Assembly: GCA_050115495.1 (NCBI GenBank) | Contig: JASFQK010000021.1 | Location: 32,001-96,000 of the forward strand | Source: Phycisphaerae bacterium | GTDB taxonomy: Bacteria; Planctomycetota; Phycisphaerae; UBA1845; Fen-1342 | Length of the DNA: 64,000 bases | Direction of reading: 5' to 3' | In this document: piece after piece, positions 1 to 9,218 of the stretch | Layout: every line of letters begins with the position of its first letter | Numbering within the stretch: position 1 is the stretch's first letter | Position numbers and translations under genes: made by a program | Notes under the pieces: model-generated | The model's input: only the letters and a program-made list of their open reading frames with translations | Database searches by the model: none | What the model was told of the DNA's origin: nothing

Positions 1-1
1 G

Positions 2-412
2 TACAAGGTCAACAACGTCATCCTGCTAAGCTCGAGCCTGTACTACCGGTACGACGTGAGCAAGGCGCTGCGGCGCGTGAAGGGTCAGATCTACAACTTC
101 TACTCGAGCGAAGACCCGATTCTCGCCGGCCCGATGAAGATCTTCGGGACGGTGGACGGGAAGTTCGGCGAGGACGGGGCGGGCGCGGTCGGGCTGCACC
201 CCCCTACCGGCGAAGAGCGCATCGTGAACATCGCGTGGTGCCCCGAGTTCCGGCAGTACGGGTACTACGGCGGACACACCGACGTGACCAGCCCGGACTT
301 CGTGTACGCCCGAATCGCGCAGTACATCACGGAAGCCGTGTCGAACGCACGGCCGTATGTAAACTCCGCCATTGCGCAGGCGACAGGGCATCCGGCCGCA
401 CCTCGGGATTGA
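2..412 (+). CDS. alpha/beta-hydrolase-fold protein, C-terminal part (5' truncated by window)
   Basis: Open frame from the window edge: VNNVILLSSS...IYNFYSSEDPIL...GGHTD, matching the strand/acid/His pattern of alpha/beta hydrolases. Confidence 0.55.
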   Translation, partial: YKVNNVILLSSSLYYRYDVSKALRRVKGQIYNFYSSEDPILAGPMKIFGTVDGKFGEDGAGAVGLHPPTGEERIVNIAWCPEFRQYGYYGGHTDVTSPDFVYARIAQYITEAVSNARPYVNSAIAQATGHPAAPRD

Positions 413-1208
413 CGCCGGCGCGGCCGAAGACGACCGCCGGCTCGGGCACGTCCCAGTGACGGGCGGCGGCCTTGAGCATCTTCCGGCGGTGAACGAAGCT
501 CTCCCTGACGAAACGGACGAAATCGGGCACGTCCTCGACGCCGGTGTCGGCGCGAGGCCGCGGGCGAAGGCATAGCGCAACCGATTCGACCGCCGGCCGT
601 GGCCAGAACGCCGTCGGCGGGATGATGGCGACGGGCTCGACGGCGGCGAGCGTCTCGGTGATGACGGAGACGGGGCCGTAAGCGTCGGTGCCGGCGGCGG
701 CGGCGAGGCGGTCGGCGACCTCCTTCTGAATCGTGCAGACGAGCAGGTCGAACGGCAGCGGCGTGTAGAGCAGCTCCATCAGCAGCGGGGTGGCGATCTG
801 ATAGGGCAGGTTGGCGACGAGCCGGCAGCGGGTGGCACCGTGCCGGGCCAGCGTCTGCTCGAGCACGTTCAGGACGAGGGGGTTGATCTCGTGCTTGCCG
901 GCGAGGGCATCACCCTGGATGAGGCTGAAGGCGGGGTGGCCGCCGAGACGGTCGCGCAGGATGCCCTGGAGACCGTGGTCGATCTCGACGCCAACGACGT
1001 GCGTGCCGGCGTCGAGCAGCATTTCCGTGAGTGAGCCGGTACCGCAGCCGACTTCGAGGACGACGTCGCCGGGTTGAAGGCCGGCGGCGTCGACCAGCTT
1101 GCGCATCAGGTTGAGGTCGATGAGGAAGTTCTGTCCGAAGCGGTGGAGCGGGCTGAGCCCGGCACCGCCGAGGAGGGCGCGAATGTCGCTGAGCGTCTGA
1201 CCGGCCAT
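327..1208 (-). CDS. rsmA: 16S rRNA m6,2A dimethyltransferase RsmA/KsgA
   Basis: FGQNFLID, VLEVGCGTG, VEID, VANLPYQI, QKEVADRL and FWPRPAVES motifs. Confidence 0.95.
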   Translation of the reverse strand: MAGQTLSDIRALLGGAGLSPLHRFGQNFLIDLNLMRKLVDAAGLQPGDVVLEVGCGTGSLTEMLLDAGTHVVGVEIDHGLQGILRDRLGGHPAFSLIQGDALAGKHEINPLVLNVLEQTLARHGATRCRLVANLPYQIATPLLMELLYTPLPFDLLVCTIQKEVADRLAAAAGTDAYGPVSVITETLAAVEPVAIIPPTAFWPRPAVESVALCLRPRPRADTGVEDVPDFVRFVRESFVHRRKMLKAAARHWDVPEPAVVFGRAGVNPEVRPDALSPAQWRSLHTAVRSTRLP

Positions 1209-1377
1209 GTGAAGGGATGGTCGGGGAAAGCCGGCCGGGGGGCAAGATGAGGGGCGGGAAGGCGACCGAACCGGTCGTCAATTGTTGGGTGCTTGTTCTC
1301 TGCGTCTGCCTGGCAGATGATGCGTCCCTGGCTCGGCGGCGGGTGGGCCGCGGCGGGCCTGAGATCGCCGGGAGCAT

Positions 1378-2763
1378 ATGATGCGCAGTGGTTTGTTGCT
1401 GGTTGTACTGAGTGTGGGGCTGCTGCTCGGCGCGGCGGGGTGCACGTCGGCGAGCCGGCTGGACCTGGCGGAACGGACCGGGGGCAACGCCGCGTTGTTC
1501 GGGCAGTTTCGGGCATACGACGGGCGGACGGGCAAGCCGCTGTCGTTCGCTGATGTCGTGCGACGGTGCGCGCGGGCGGACGTCGTGCTGTTCGGCGAGG
1601 AGCACGGCGCGGCCGTGTGCAATCAGCTCGAGGCGCAGCTTCTCGGGGCCCTGCTGGCCGAGAAACGACCGGTAACGCTGGCGATGGAGTTCTTCGAGGC
1701 GGATACGCAAGCCGACCTCGATGCGTATCTGCGCGGACGGCTGGACGAAGAGGCGTTTCGCGAGCAGGCGCGGCAAGGGCGGGCGTACACGCTGAGTCAC
1801 CGACCGCTGATCGAGCTGTGTCGCGTGTCACGGTCGCCGGTGGTGGCGGCGAATGCGCCGCGGCGGCTGGTGAGCGCGTACCGCAAGTCGGGCGACACAT
1901 ACGACGTGTTCCGAGCGGGGCTCGAGCCGGCGGAGAAACGTTGGCTGCCGGTCGAGTGTGAGTACGTTCACGGAACGTACGAAGAGCGGTTCATGGGAGT
2001 GATGTCCGGACACGTCGGCGGCGGCATGCGGCGAACGGCGACGACGCAGCCAGCCGCGACATCGCAACCAACGTCGGCGCCGGCGGGGATGATGGGTGGG
2101 ATGGCGGAAGAGGCGGCCGATGAAACGGCGGGCGGAACCCGCCCTACCGAAGAGGCGGCGACCCAACCGGCGGGAGAATCGCAACCGTCATCGGCGCCGG
2201 TTGACGTAACGAGCGAAACGGCGGGCGAAGCCCGGCCTACGGCCGCGTCACAGTCGACGACGCAGCCCAGCATGCAGCCGGCCACGCAACCCAGTACGCA
2301 ACCGGCCGAGTCGCCGGCGTCGCAGCCTGTTGGCGGACCGCCGCCGGGGATGAATCCGCGAGCGTTCTACCAGGCGCAGCTGCTGTGGGATCAGGCGATG
2401 GCTGAGGCGATCGCGGACGTGCGGGAGCAGGAGCCGGCGCGGCGGGTGATGCTGGTGGTCGGCGGGTTCCACGTGGCGAGTGAAGGTGGAACAGCGGTGA
2501 AGCTACACGGTCTGCGGCCGCGTGACCGCGTGTGCACCGTGGTTTATCAGGGGACCAGCGACGGCGCACTGGCATTCGACGAAACCGATCGGGACGCGGG
2601 CGATATCATCATCTACGGCATGGAGCCGCCGCCCAAAGAGGAGCTGGCCAGGATGCCGAAGTCGATGCCGACGACGACGCAACCCACAACGCAACCGGCG
2701 ACGACTGCCCCGGCATCCATGCCGTCGAGCGCTTCGCCGACTACTGACAAACGGGGCCTATAA
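1378..2763 (+). CDS. ChaN-family (haem-binding uptake) lipoprotein with a long TQP/SQP-rich insertion
   Basis: Lipobox AAGC; DVVLFGEEH, LAMEFFE, VVAANAPR, FYQAQLLWDQAMA, VVGGFHV. Confidence 0.8.
   Translation: MMRSGLLLVVLSVGLLLGAAGCTSASRLDLAERTGGNAALFGQFRAYDGRTGKPLSFADVVRRCARADVVLFGEEHGAAVCNQLEAQLLGALLAEKRPVTLAMEFFEADTQADLDAYLRGRLDEEAFREQARQGRAYTLSHRPLIELCRVSRSPVVAANAPRRLVSAYRKSGDTYDVFRAGLEPAEKRWLPVECEYVHGTYEERFMGVMSGHVGGGMRRTATTQPAATSQPTSAPAGMMGGMAEEAADETAGGTRPTEEAATQPAGESQPSSAPVDVTSETAGEARPTAASQSTTQPSMQPATQPSTQPAESPASQPVGGPPPGMNPRAFYQAQLLWDQAMAEAIADVREQEPARRVMLVVGGFHVASEGGTAVKLHGLRPRDRVCTVVYQGTSDGALAFDETDRDAGDIIIYGMEPPPKEELARMPKSMPTTTQPTTQPATTAPASMPSSASPTTDKRGL
2129..2240 (-). repeat. Two GTAG-type REP-like palindromes inside the ChaN coding linker
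   Basis: Minus strand GTAGGGCGGGTTCCGCCCG (2129-2147) and GTAGGCCGGGCTTCGCCCG (2222-2240); an intergenic relative lies at 12743-12761. Confidence 0.55.
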
Positions 2764-3007
2764 TGGTGATGGTGGCGCGGCGACGGGTACGCCGAACGTA
2801 CGGCGCGGGCCGCGGGCAGGAATCGGACATCGTTAGTCGATCACAGAGCGGGCACATGCTGCTGGCACGCGAGTTGCAGCCGTACCGCACGGGCTGTGAG
2901 CCATGCGCAGCGAACCCGGACGATCCGGGACGCACCGTACTCCCCCGCCGATCGCGGCCGGCGAATCCCCCGCCGGCTGTCGAAATTCGCACAGGAGACT
3001 GGGTACT

Positions 3008-5170
3008 ATGACCCGAACCGCCATCGGGGCCGAACCGACCTCGGCCACTCCAATCGACCTGGAACCGCTATTCGCCCCGCAGTCGATCGCCATCGTCGGC
3101 GCCTCGCGCAAAGCCGGCGGCGTCGGTTACGCGCTGGTCCACAACATGATCCACGCGGGATACACCGGCGTGCTGTACCCCATTAACCCGAAAACACGCG
3201 CCATCCTCGGCAACCCGTGTGTGAAGAGCGTGTCGGCTATCGACGGCAAGGTCGACCTGGTCGTGCTGGCCATTCCCCCGCAGATGATTCCGGACGCGAT
3301 CCTGGAGTCGGCGGAGCACGGCACGCGGCACTTCGTGGTCATCTCGGCCGGCTTCAAGGAGGTCGGCGGTGAGGGCGTCGAACGCGAGCGTCGGCTGCGC
3401 GAGATCGCCATCGAGCGCAACCTGACCATCGTCGGCCCGAACTGCCTGGGCGTGATCAACACCGACCCGGCAGTGGGCATGAACGCCACGTTCGGCCGGA
3501 CGCAGCCGCGGGTGGGAGCGCTGGGGCTGATCTCGCAGAGCGGTGCGTTGTGCACGGCCCTGCTGGACTACGCCGCCGGCATCGACATGGGCTTCTCGCG
3601 GTTCGTGAGCTTCGGCAACAAGGTGGCGGTCGACGAGTGCGACCTGCTGCGTTCGCTGGCGGCGGACCCGCGCACGAAGGTCATCCTGATGTACGTCGAG
3701 GAGCTGGGCAGTGGGCGGGCCTTTGTGGATACGTGCTACGAAATCACGCACGGTCCGCACGCGAAGCCGATCCTGGCGATCAAGACGGGGCGCACGACCG
3801 AGGGGGCAGCAGCAGCAGCCTCGCACACCGGTTCACTGGCCGGTTCGGACGAGGTGTACGACGCCATCCTGCAACAGGCGGGCGTGATTCGTGTGGAATC
3901 GGTGAAGGAGCTGTTCGACTACGCGGCGGCGTTTTCGGATCCGGCCCTGCCGCACGGGCGACGGGTGGCGATCGTCACCAACGCCGGCGGCCCCGGCATC
4001 ATGGCCACCGACGCCTGCATCCGTAGTGGGATGAAGCTGGCCAAGTTCCAGGATTACACGCAGAAGTCGTTGCGGTACCAGTTGCCGCCGACGGCGAGCA
4101 TCAAGAACCCGGTGGACGTGATCGGGGATGCGAAGCACGATCGCTACCGGCTGGCGTTCGACGCGGTGTGCGCGGACGAGGGCGTGGACCAGACGGTCGT
4201 GATCGTCACGCCGCAGACTATGACGGACGTGACGGAAATCGCGAACGAGATCTGCGAGGTGCGAACGTTCAGCAACAAGCCGGTGGCGGCGTGCCTGATG
4301 GGGCTGGTGGACGTGTCGGCCGGCGTGCAGTTGCTCCAGAAGCGCGGCGTGCCGACGTACGTCTTCCCGGAAGACGCCATGCGGTCGCTGGAGGCCAAGT
4401 GCCGGTTCGCCGAGGGCGTTCGCGCTCCGACGCGTAACTACCGCACGTTTGAGGTGAACGCGCCGGCGGTGACGAAAGTCTTCGACGACGAGTTGGCCGC
4501 CGGCCGGACCCAACTCATCGAGCTGAAGGCCCTGGACGTCTTCAAGCAGTACGGCTTCCCGGTGGTGCCCTACCATCTGGCGGAGAGTGCCAAGGCGGCG
4601 GCCGCCGCGGCTACCGAGATCGGCCTGCCCGTCGTGCTGAAGATCGTCGGGCCGAAGATCCTGCACAAGACGGACGTCGGTGGCGTGCGGCTGAACCTGA
4701 AGACGGAAGACGCCGTGCGGACGGCGTACGACGAGATGATCGCCGCGGTCCGCGACAAGATGGGGGCGGAGGTGGAGATCTGGGGCGTGCTGGTGCAGAA
4801 GATGCTGCCGCGGGGCAAGGAGATCATCCTGGGCATGACCCGCGATCCGAAGTTCGGGCCGCTGCTCATGTTCGGCCTAGGCGGCATCTACACCGAGGCC
4901 CTGCGCGACGTGTCGTTCCGGCTCGCACCGCTACGGGAGAACGTGGCAGCGGAGATGGTCCGGGACATCCGCTCCTTCCGGCTGCTGGAAGGCGTCCGCG
5001 GGGAGAAGCCGTCGGACGTCGGCGCGGTGGCCGACTGTCTGCTGCGGCTGTCGCAACTGGTCACGGATCACCCGCGCATTAAGGAACTGGACATCAACCC
5101 GCTGATCGTCTACGGAAAGGGAGACGGGGCAACCGTCGCGGACGCACGGATCATCCTCTCGGAGAAATAA
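3008..5170 (+). CDS. ADP-forming acyl/acetate-CoA ligase (alpha-beta fusion, CoA-binding + ATP-grasp)
   Basis: SIAIVGAS, VGPNCLG, ISQSGAL, AASHTGSLAG (phospho-His), HKTDVGGV, ELDINPL; AGGAGA RBS upstream of ATG 3008. Confidence 0.9.
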   Translation: MTRTAIGAEPTSATPIDLEPLFAPQSIAIVGASRKAGGVGYALVHNMIHAGYTGVLYPINPKTRAILGNPCVKSVSAIDGKVDLVVLAIPPQMIPDAILESAEHGTRHFVVISAGFKEVGGEGVERERRLREIAIERNLTIVGPNCLGVINTDPAVGMNATFGRTQPRVGALGLISQSGALCTALLDYAAGIDMGFSRFVSFGNKVAVDECDLLRSLAADPRTKVILMYVEELGSGRAFVDTCYEITHGPHAKPILAIKTGRTTEGAAAAASHTGSLAGSDEVYDAILQQAGVIRVESVKELFDYAAAFSDPALPHGRRVAIVTNAGGPGIMATDACIRSGMKLAKFQDYTQKSLRYQLPPTASIKNPVDVIGDAKHDRYRLAFDAVCADEGVDQTVVIVTPQTMTDVTEIANEICEVRTFSNKPVAACLMGLVDVSAGVQLLQKRGVPTYVFPEDAMRSLEAKCRFAEGVRAPTRNYRTFEVNAPAVTKVFDDELAAGRTQLIELKALDVFKQYGFPVVPYHLAESAKAAAAAATEIGLPVVLKIVGPKILHKTDVGGVRLNLKTEDAVRTAYDEMIAAVRDKMGAEVEIWGVLVQKMLPRGKEIILGMTRDPKFGPLLMFGLGGIYTEALRDVSFRLAPLRENVAAEMVRDIRSFRLLEGVRGEKPSDVGAVADCLLRLSQLVTDHPRIKELDINPLIVYGKGDGATVADARIILSEK

Positions 5171-5228
5171 CAGGGCCGAACCGCCGGTGCCCGCCGATCG
5201 CCGCGGGCCGAGCTTGGAGATTGAATCC

Positions 5229-7112
5229 ATGGCAACGGATTGGACGCAACGTTACGCCGACAAGACCATCAGCGCCGAGGAGACCGTCGCGAAGATTCGT
5301 CCGGGCGACCGGGTATTCATCGGCTCCGCGTGCGGTGAGCCGCAGGCGCTGGTGCGGGCGCTGTCGAAGCTGAGCGACCGGCTGACCGACACCGAGCTGC
5401 TGCACGTGCTGACGCTGGGCGTGGCGCCGTACACGGATCCGCGGTACGCGGGGAACGTGCGGGCCAACGCGTTCTTCATCGGCAACAGCGTGCGGGACGC
5501 CGTGAACGATACGCGGGCCGACTACACGCCTGTGTTCCTGTCGCAGGTACCGGCGCTGTTCAAGTCGCGGCGGCTGAGCATCGACGTGGCCCTGGTGACG
5601 ATCAGCCCGCCGGACGAGCACGGCAACGCCAGCCTGGGCGTGTCGGTGGACATCACGCGGGCGGCGGTGGACGCGGCGAAGCTGGTGATCGCCCAGGTGA
5701 ACAAGCACATGCCGCGAACGCTGGGCGACGCGTTCGTGAACGTGAGCCAGATCGACTGGCTGGTGCAGCACGACGAGCCGCTGCTGGAATGGCCGGGCGG
5801 CGGCGAGCCGGACGAGACGACGCGGTTGCTGGCGGCGAACCTGGCCCGGCTGGTGCCGGATGGAGCGACGCTGCAACTGGGCATCGGCCGCATTCCGGAC
5901 GCGGTGCTGGGTCTGCTGACGAACAAGCACGACCTCGGCATTCACACGGAGATGTTCTCCGACGGCGTGCTGAAGCTGACCGAGGCCGGCGTGATCACGG
6001 GCAAGCACAAGACCCTGCACCGCGGGAAGATCGTGGGCAGCTTCGCGGCGGGCTCGCACCGGCTGTTCCAGTTCCTGGACAACAACCCGCAGATCGAGAT
6101 GCGGCCGTCGGAGTACACCAACAGCCCGTTCATCATCGCCCAGCACGACAACATGGTGGCGATTAACTCGGCGCTCGAGGTGGATCTGACCGGACAGATC
6201 GTGGCCGACTCGCTGGGGCAGACGCTGTATAGCGGCCTCGGCGGGCACGCCGACTTCATGCGCGGGGCGGCCCTGGCCAAGAACGGCAAGCCGATCATCG
6301 CGGTGCCGAGCACGGCGGAGACGCCGGACGGTGTACGTTCGCGTATCGTGGCGACGCTTCAGCCGGGGGCGGGCGTGATCACGACGCGGGGCGACGTGCA
6401 CTACGTGGTGACCGAATACGGCAGCGCCTACCTGCACGGCAAGACGATGCGGGAGCGGGCCATGTCACTGATCAGCATCGCCCATCCGGACTTCCGGGCG
6501 GAGTTGCTGCACGCCGCGAAGCGCCGGCGGATCGTGTACCCGAACCAGATCATGCCGCCGCCGCGGGCGCCCTATCCGGCGCAGTACGAGGCGACGTTCA
6601 ACATGCGGGACGGCGGGCAGGCGTTCGTGCGGCCGATCCGGCCGGACGATGAGCCGCTGATGCGGGAGATGTTCTACGAGTTCAGCGAGCAGACGGTGTA
6701 CCTGCGGTACCACGCCTCGCTGAAGTCGATGCCGCACAACAAGCTGCAAGTCTTCTGCAACGTGGACTACGAGAGCGAGATGGCCCTGATCGCCCTGGTC
6801 GGGCCGCCGGGCAACGAAGAGGTCGTGGGCGTGGGGCGCTACATGACGGACGCGGCCACGCAATCGGCGGAGGTGGCGTTCACCGTAACGGACAGCTACC
6901 AGAAGCAGGGGCTGGGCACGTACCTGTTCGAGCGGCTGGTCGAGATCGCCCAGGCGCGGGGCATCCGGTTCTTCCATGCGTACGTGCTGGTGGAGAACGC
7001 GGGCATGCTGAAGATCTTCCACCGGTCCGGGCTGAACATCGAGACATCCAAGGAAGGCGACGTGGTGCGCGTCGAAATGACGCTGCCGGAGCGGCCGCCG
7101 GAGAACCGCTAA
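5229..7112 (+). CDS. Acetyl-CoA hydrolase/transferase (4-hydroxybutyrate CoA-transferase-like) fused to a C-terminal GNAT domain, copy 1
   Basis: TLQLGIG, HTEMFSDG (catalytic Glu), EVDLTGQ, YVVTEYG; GNAT part VRPIRPDD...AEVAFTV..YQKQGLG. Confidence 0.9.
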   Translation: MATDWTQRYADKTISAEETVAKIRPGDRVFIGSACGEPQALVRALSKLSDRLTDTELLHVLTLGVAPYTDPRYAGNVRANAFFIGNSVRDAVNDTRADYTPVFLSQVPALFKSRRLSIDVALVTISPPDEHGNASLGVSVDITRAAVDAAKLVIAQVNKHMPRTLGDAFVNVSQIDWLVQHDEPLLEWPGGGEPDETTRLLAANLARLVPDGATLQLGIGRIPDAVLGLLTNKHDLGIHTEMFSDGVLKLTEAGVITGKHKTLHRGKIVGSFAAGSHRLFQFLDNNPQIEMRPSEYTNSPFIIAQHDNMVAINSALEVDLTGQIVADSLGQTLYSGLGGHADFMRGAALAKNGKPIIAVPSTAETPDGVRSRIVATLQPGAGVITTRGDVHYVVTEYGSAYLHGKTMRERAMSLISIAHPDFRAELLHAAKRRRIVYPNQIMPPPRAPYPAQYEATFNMRDGGQAFVRPIRPDDEPLMREMFYEFSEQTVYLRYHASLKSMPHNKLQVFCNVDYESEMALIALVGPPGNEEVVGVGRYMTDAATQSAEVAFTVTDSYQKQGLGTYLFERLVEIAQARGIRFFHAYVLVENAGMLKIFHRSGLNIETSKEGDVVRVEMTLPERPPENR

Positions 7113-7195
7113 GCAACAGTTCCCGTTGCAGCGCAGGGAGAACGTGGCCGGAGGGCCGTGGCGTACCACATCATGGGGCCACTCAGGAGCAGTGC

Positions 7196-9088
7196 ATGAG
7201 GAATCCGGATCTGGCCGGTTGGGAGAAGCGTTACCCCGAAAAGATCAGGTCCGCCGCGGAGGCGGTGTCCCTGGTCCGGCCCGGGCAGCGTGTGTACGTC
7301 GGGTCGAACGCGGGCGAGCCGCAGACGCTGGTCGAGGCGCTGTCGGCGCGTGAAGACCTGCTGGATACGGAGATCGTGCACATCCTGACGCTGGGCGTGG
7401 CCACCTACGCCGAGCCGCGGCTGGGCAAGCGCTTCCGGCACAACGCCTACTTCATCGGCCCGAACGTGCGGGATGCGGTGCAGGCGGGGCGGGCGGACTA
7501 TACGCCGATCTTCCTGTCCGAGATTCCGGCGCTGTTCAAAGAAGGCCGGGCCCCGGTCGACGTGGCCCTGATCTCGGTCAGCCCGCCGGACACGCACGGT
7601 TTCTGCTCGTACGGCGTGTCGTGCGATATCGGGCCGGCGGCGGTGGAGACGGCCAAGCTGGTTATCGCCGAGGTGAACGAGCAGATGCCGCGCGTGCTGG
7701 GCGACTGCTTCATCTCGATGCGCGACATCGACGTGGCCGTGCCCAGCGACCGGCCGATCCTCGAAGCGCCGCAGGGCCAGCTCGACGACACGTCCCGGCG
7801 GATCGGGCGGCACATCGCCAACCTGATCGAGGACGGCTCGACGCTGCAACTGGGCATCGGGGCCATTCCGGACGCCGTGCTTCATTACCTGAAGGACTTT
7901 CGCGACCTCGGCATCCACACGGAGATGTTCTCCGACGGCATCATCCCGCTGATCGAACATGGGGTGATCACCGGAAGCGCCAAGACGCTGCACCGCGGCA
8001 AGATCGTGATGAGCTTCTGCATGGGCACGCAGAAGCTCTACGACTTCATCCACAACAACCCGTCGGTCGAGTGCCACCCGACGGAGTATACCAACGATCC
8101 GTTCATCATCGCCAAGAACGATAAGATGGTGTCGATCAACTCGGCGATCGAGGTGGATCTGACGGGGCAGGTCTGCTCGGACTCACTGGGGCCGATGTTC
8201 TACAGCGGCATCGGCGGGCAGGTGGACTTCGTCCGCGGGGCGGCCCGCTCGAAGGGCGGCAAGCCGATCATCGCCCTGCCCTCGACGACGGCCGACGGTC
8301 TGATCTCACGCATCGTACCCTACCTGAAGCCGGGCGCCGGCGTGGTCACCTCGCGCGGCGACGTGCACTACGTTGTCAGCGAGCACGGCGTGGCCTACCT
8401 GCACGGCAAGAGCATCCGCGAGCGCGCCCTGGCGCTGATGCAGATCGCCGAACCGAAGTTCCGGCCGTGGCTGCTGTCGGAGGCCAAGCAGCGGCACCTG
8501 GTCGGGCCGGACGTAATCGAGGTTTCCCTGGAAAGCCTGCTGTACCCGGAGGAGTGGGAGGGCTGGGTGCGGCTGAACGACGGCACGCGGGCGTTCATGC
8601 GGCCGATGCGATTCACAGACGTGGCCGTGCTGCGTTCGCTGTTCTACGAACTGGCCAATGTGGACATCAGCCACTACCCCTTCCTGACCAAGCTGAAAGA
8701 GATGCCGGCTGAGGAACGGGAAGAGGTCCTGACCATCGACTACGACACGGACATGTGCCTCGTCGTGCTGACCGGGGCCGCCGGCGGCGAGAAGGTCATC
8801 GGCGTCGCCCACTTCCGGCGGGATTCGCACACCAACCTGGCGTACGCGGCGTTCGTGGTGCGTAACGAATACCAGAACAAGGGTATCGGGCGGGCCATGC
8901 TGGAGAAGCTGGTGGAGGTGGCGCGAGCCCGCGGCATTGCCGGCTTCACGGCGGACGTTTCCGAGTCGGATGAGAGCGTGCTGCGGCTGTTCCACAACTG
9001 CGGCTACCATGTCGAGGGAGACGCCCGGGACGGGTACACGCGGCTCACCGCCCTGTTCGAGAAGAAAGTGGACCGGCCGAAGCCCTGA
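7196..9088 (+). CDS. Acetyl-CoA hydrolase/transferase fused to a C-terminal GNAT domain, copy 2
   Basis: Paralogue of the previous gene: HTEMFSDG, YSGIGGQVDF, YQNKGIG; AGGAG RBS. Confidence 0.9.
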   Translation: MRNPDLAGWEKRYPEKIRSAAEAVSLVRPGQRVYVGSNAGEPQTLVEALSAREDLLDTEIVHILTLGVATYAEPRLGKRFRHNAYFIGPNVRDAVQAGRADYTPIFLSEIPALFKEGRAPVDVALISVSPPDTHGFCSYGVSCDIGPAAVETAKLVIAEVNEQMPRVLGDCFISMRDIDVAVPSDRPILEAPQGQLDDTSRRIGRHIANLIEDGSTLQLGIGAIPDAVLHYLKDFRDLGIHTEMFSDGIIPLIEHGVITGSAKTLHRGKIVMSFCMGTQKLYDFIHNNPSVECHPTEYTNDPFIIAKNDKMVSINSAIEVDLTGQVCSDSLGPMFYSGIGGQVDFVRGAARSKGGKPIIALPSTTADGLISRIVPYLKPGAGVVTSRGDVHYVVSEHGVAYLHGKSIRERALALMQIAEPKFRPWLLSEAKQRHLVGPDVIEVSLESLLYPEEWEGWVRLNDGTRAFMRPMRFTDVAVLRSLFYELANVDISHYPFLTKLKEMPAEEREEVLTIDYDTDMCLVVLTGAAGGEKVIGVAHFRRDSHTNLAYAAFVVRNEYQNKGIGRAMLEKLVEVARARGIAGFTADVSESDESVLRLFHNCGYHVEGDARDGYTRLTALFEKKVDRPKP

Positions 9089-9218
9089 AGGCGGCCGGTC
9101 GGCGGCTGGATTCAAGTCGGCCGACGTGTACAATGGGCCCCCGGCTCCAGTCGTGGCCCGCGACGCCGGTGGCGCGAACCGCGGCGCGGCCCGACACCCC
9201 TCGCCGAGGCTCGACACG

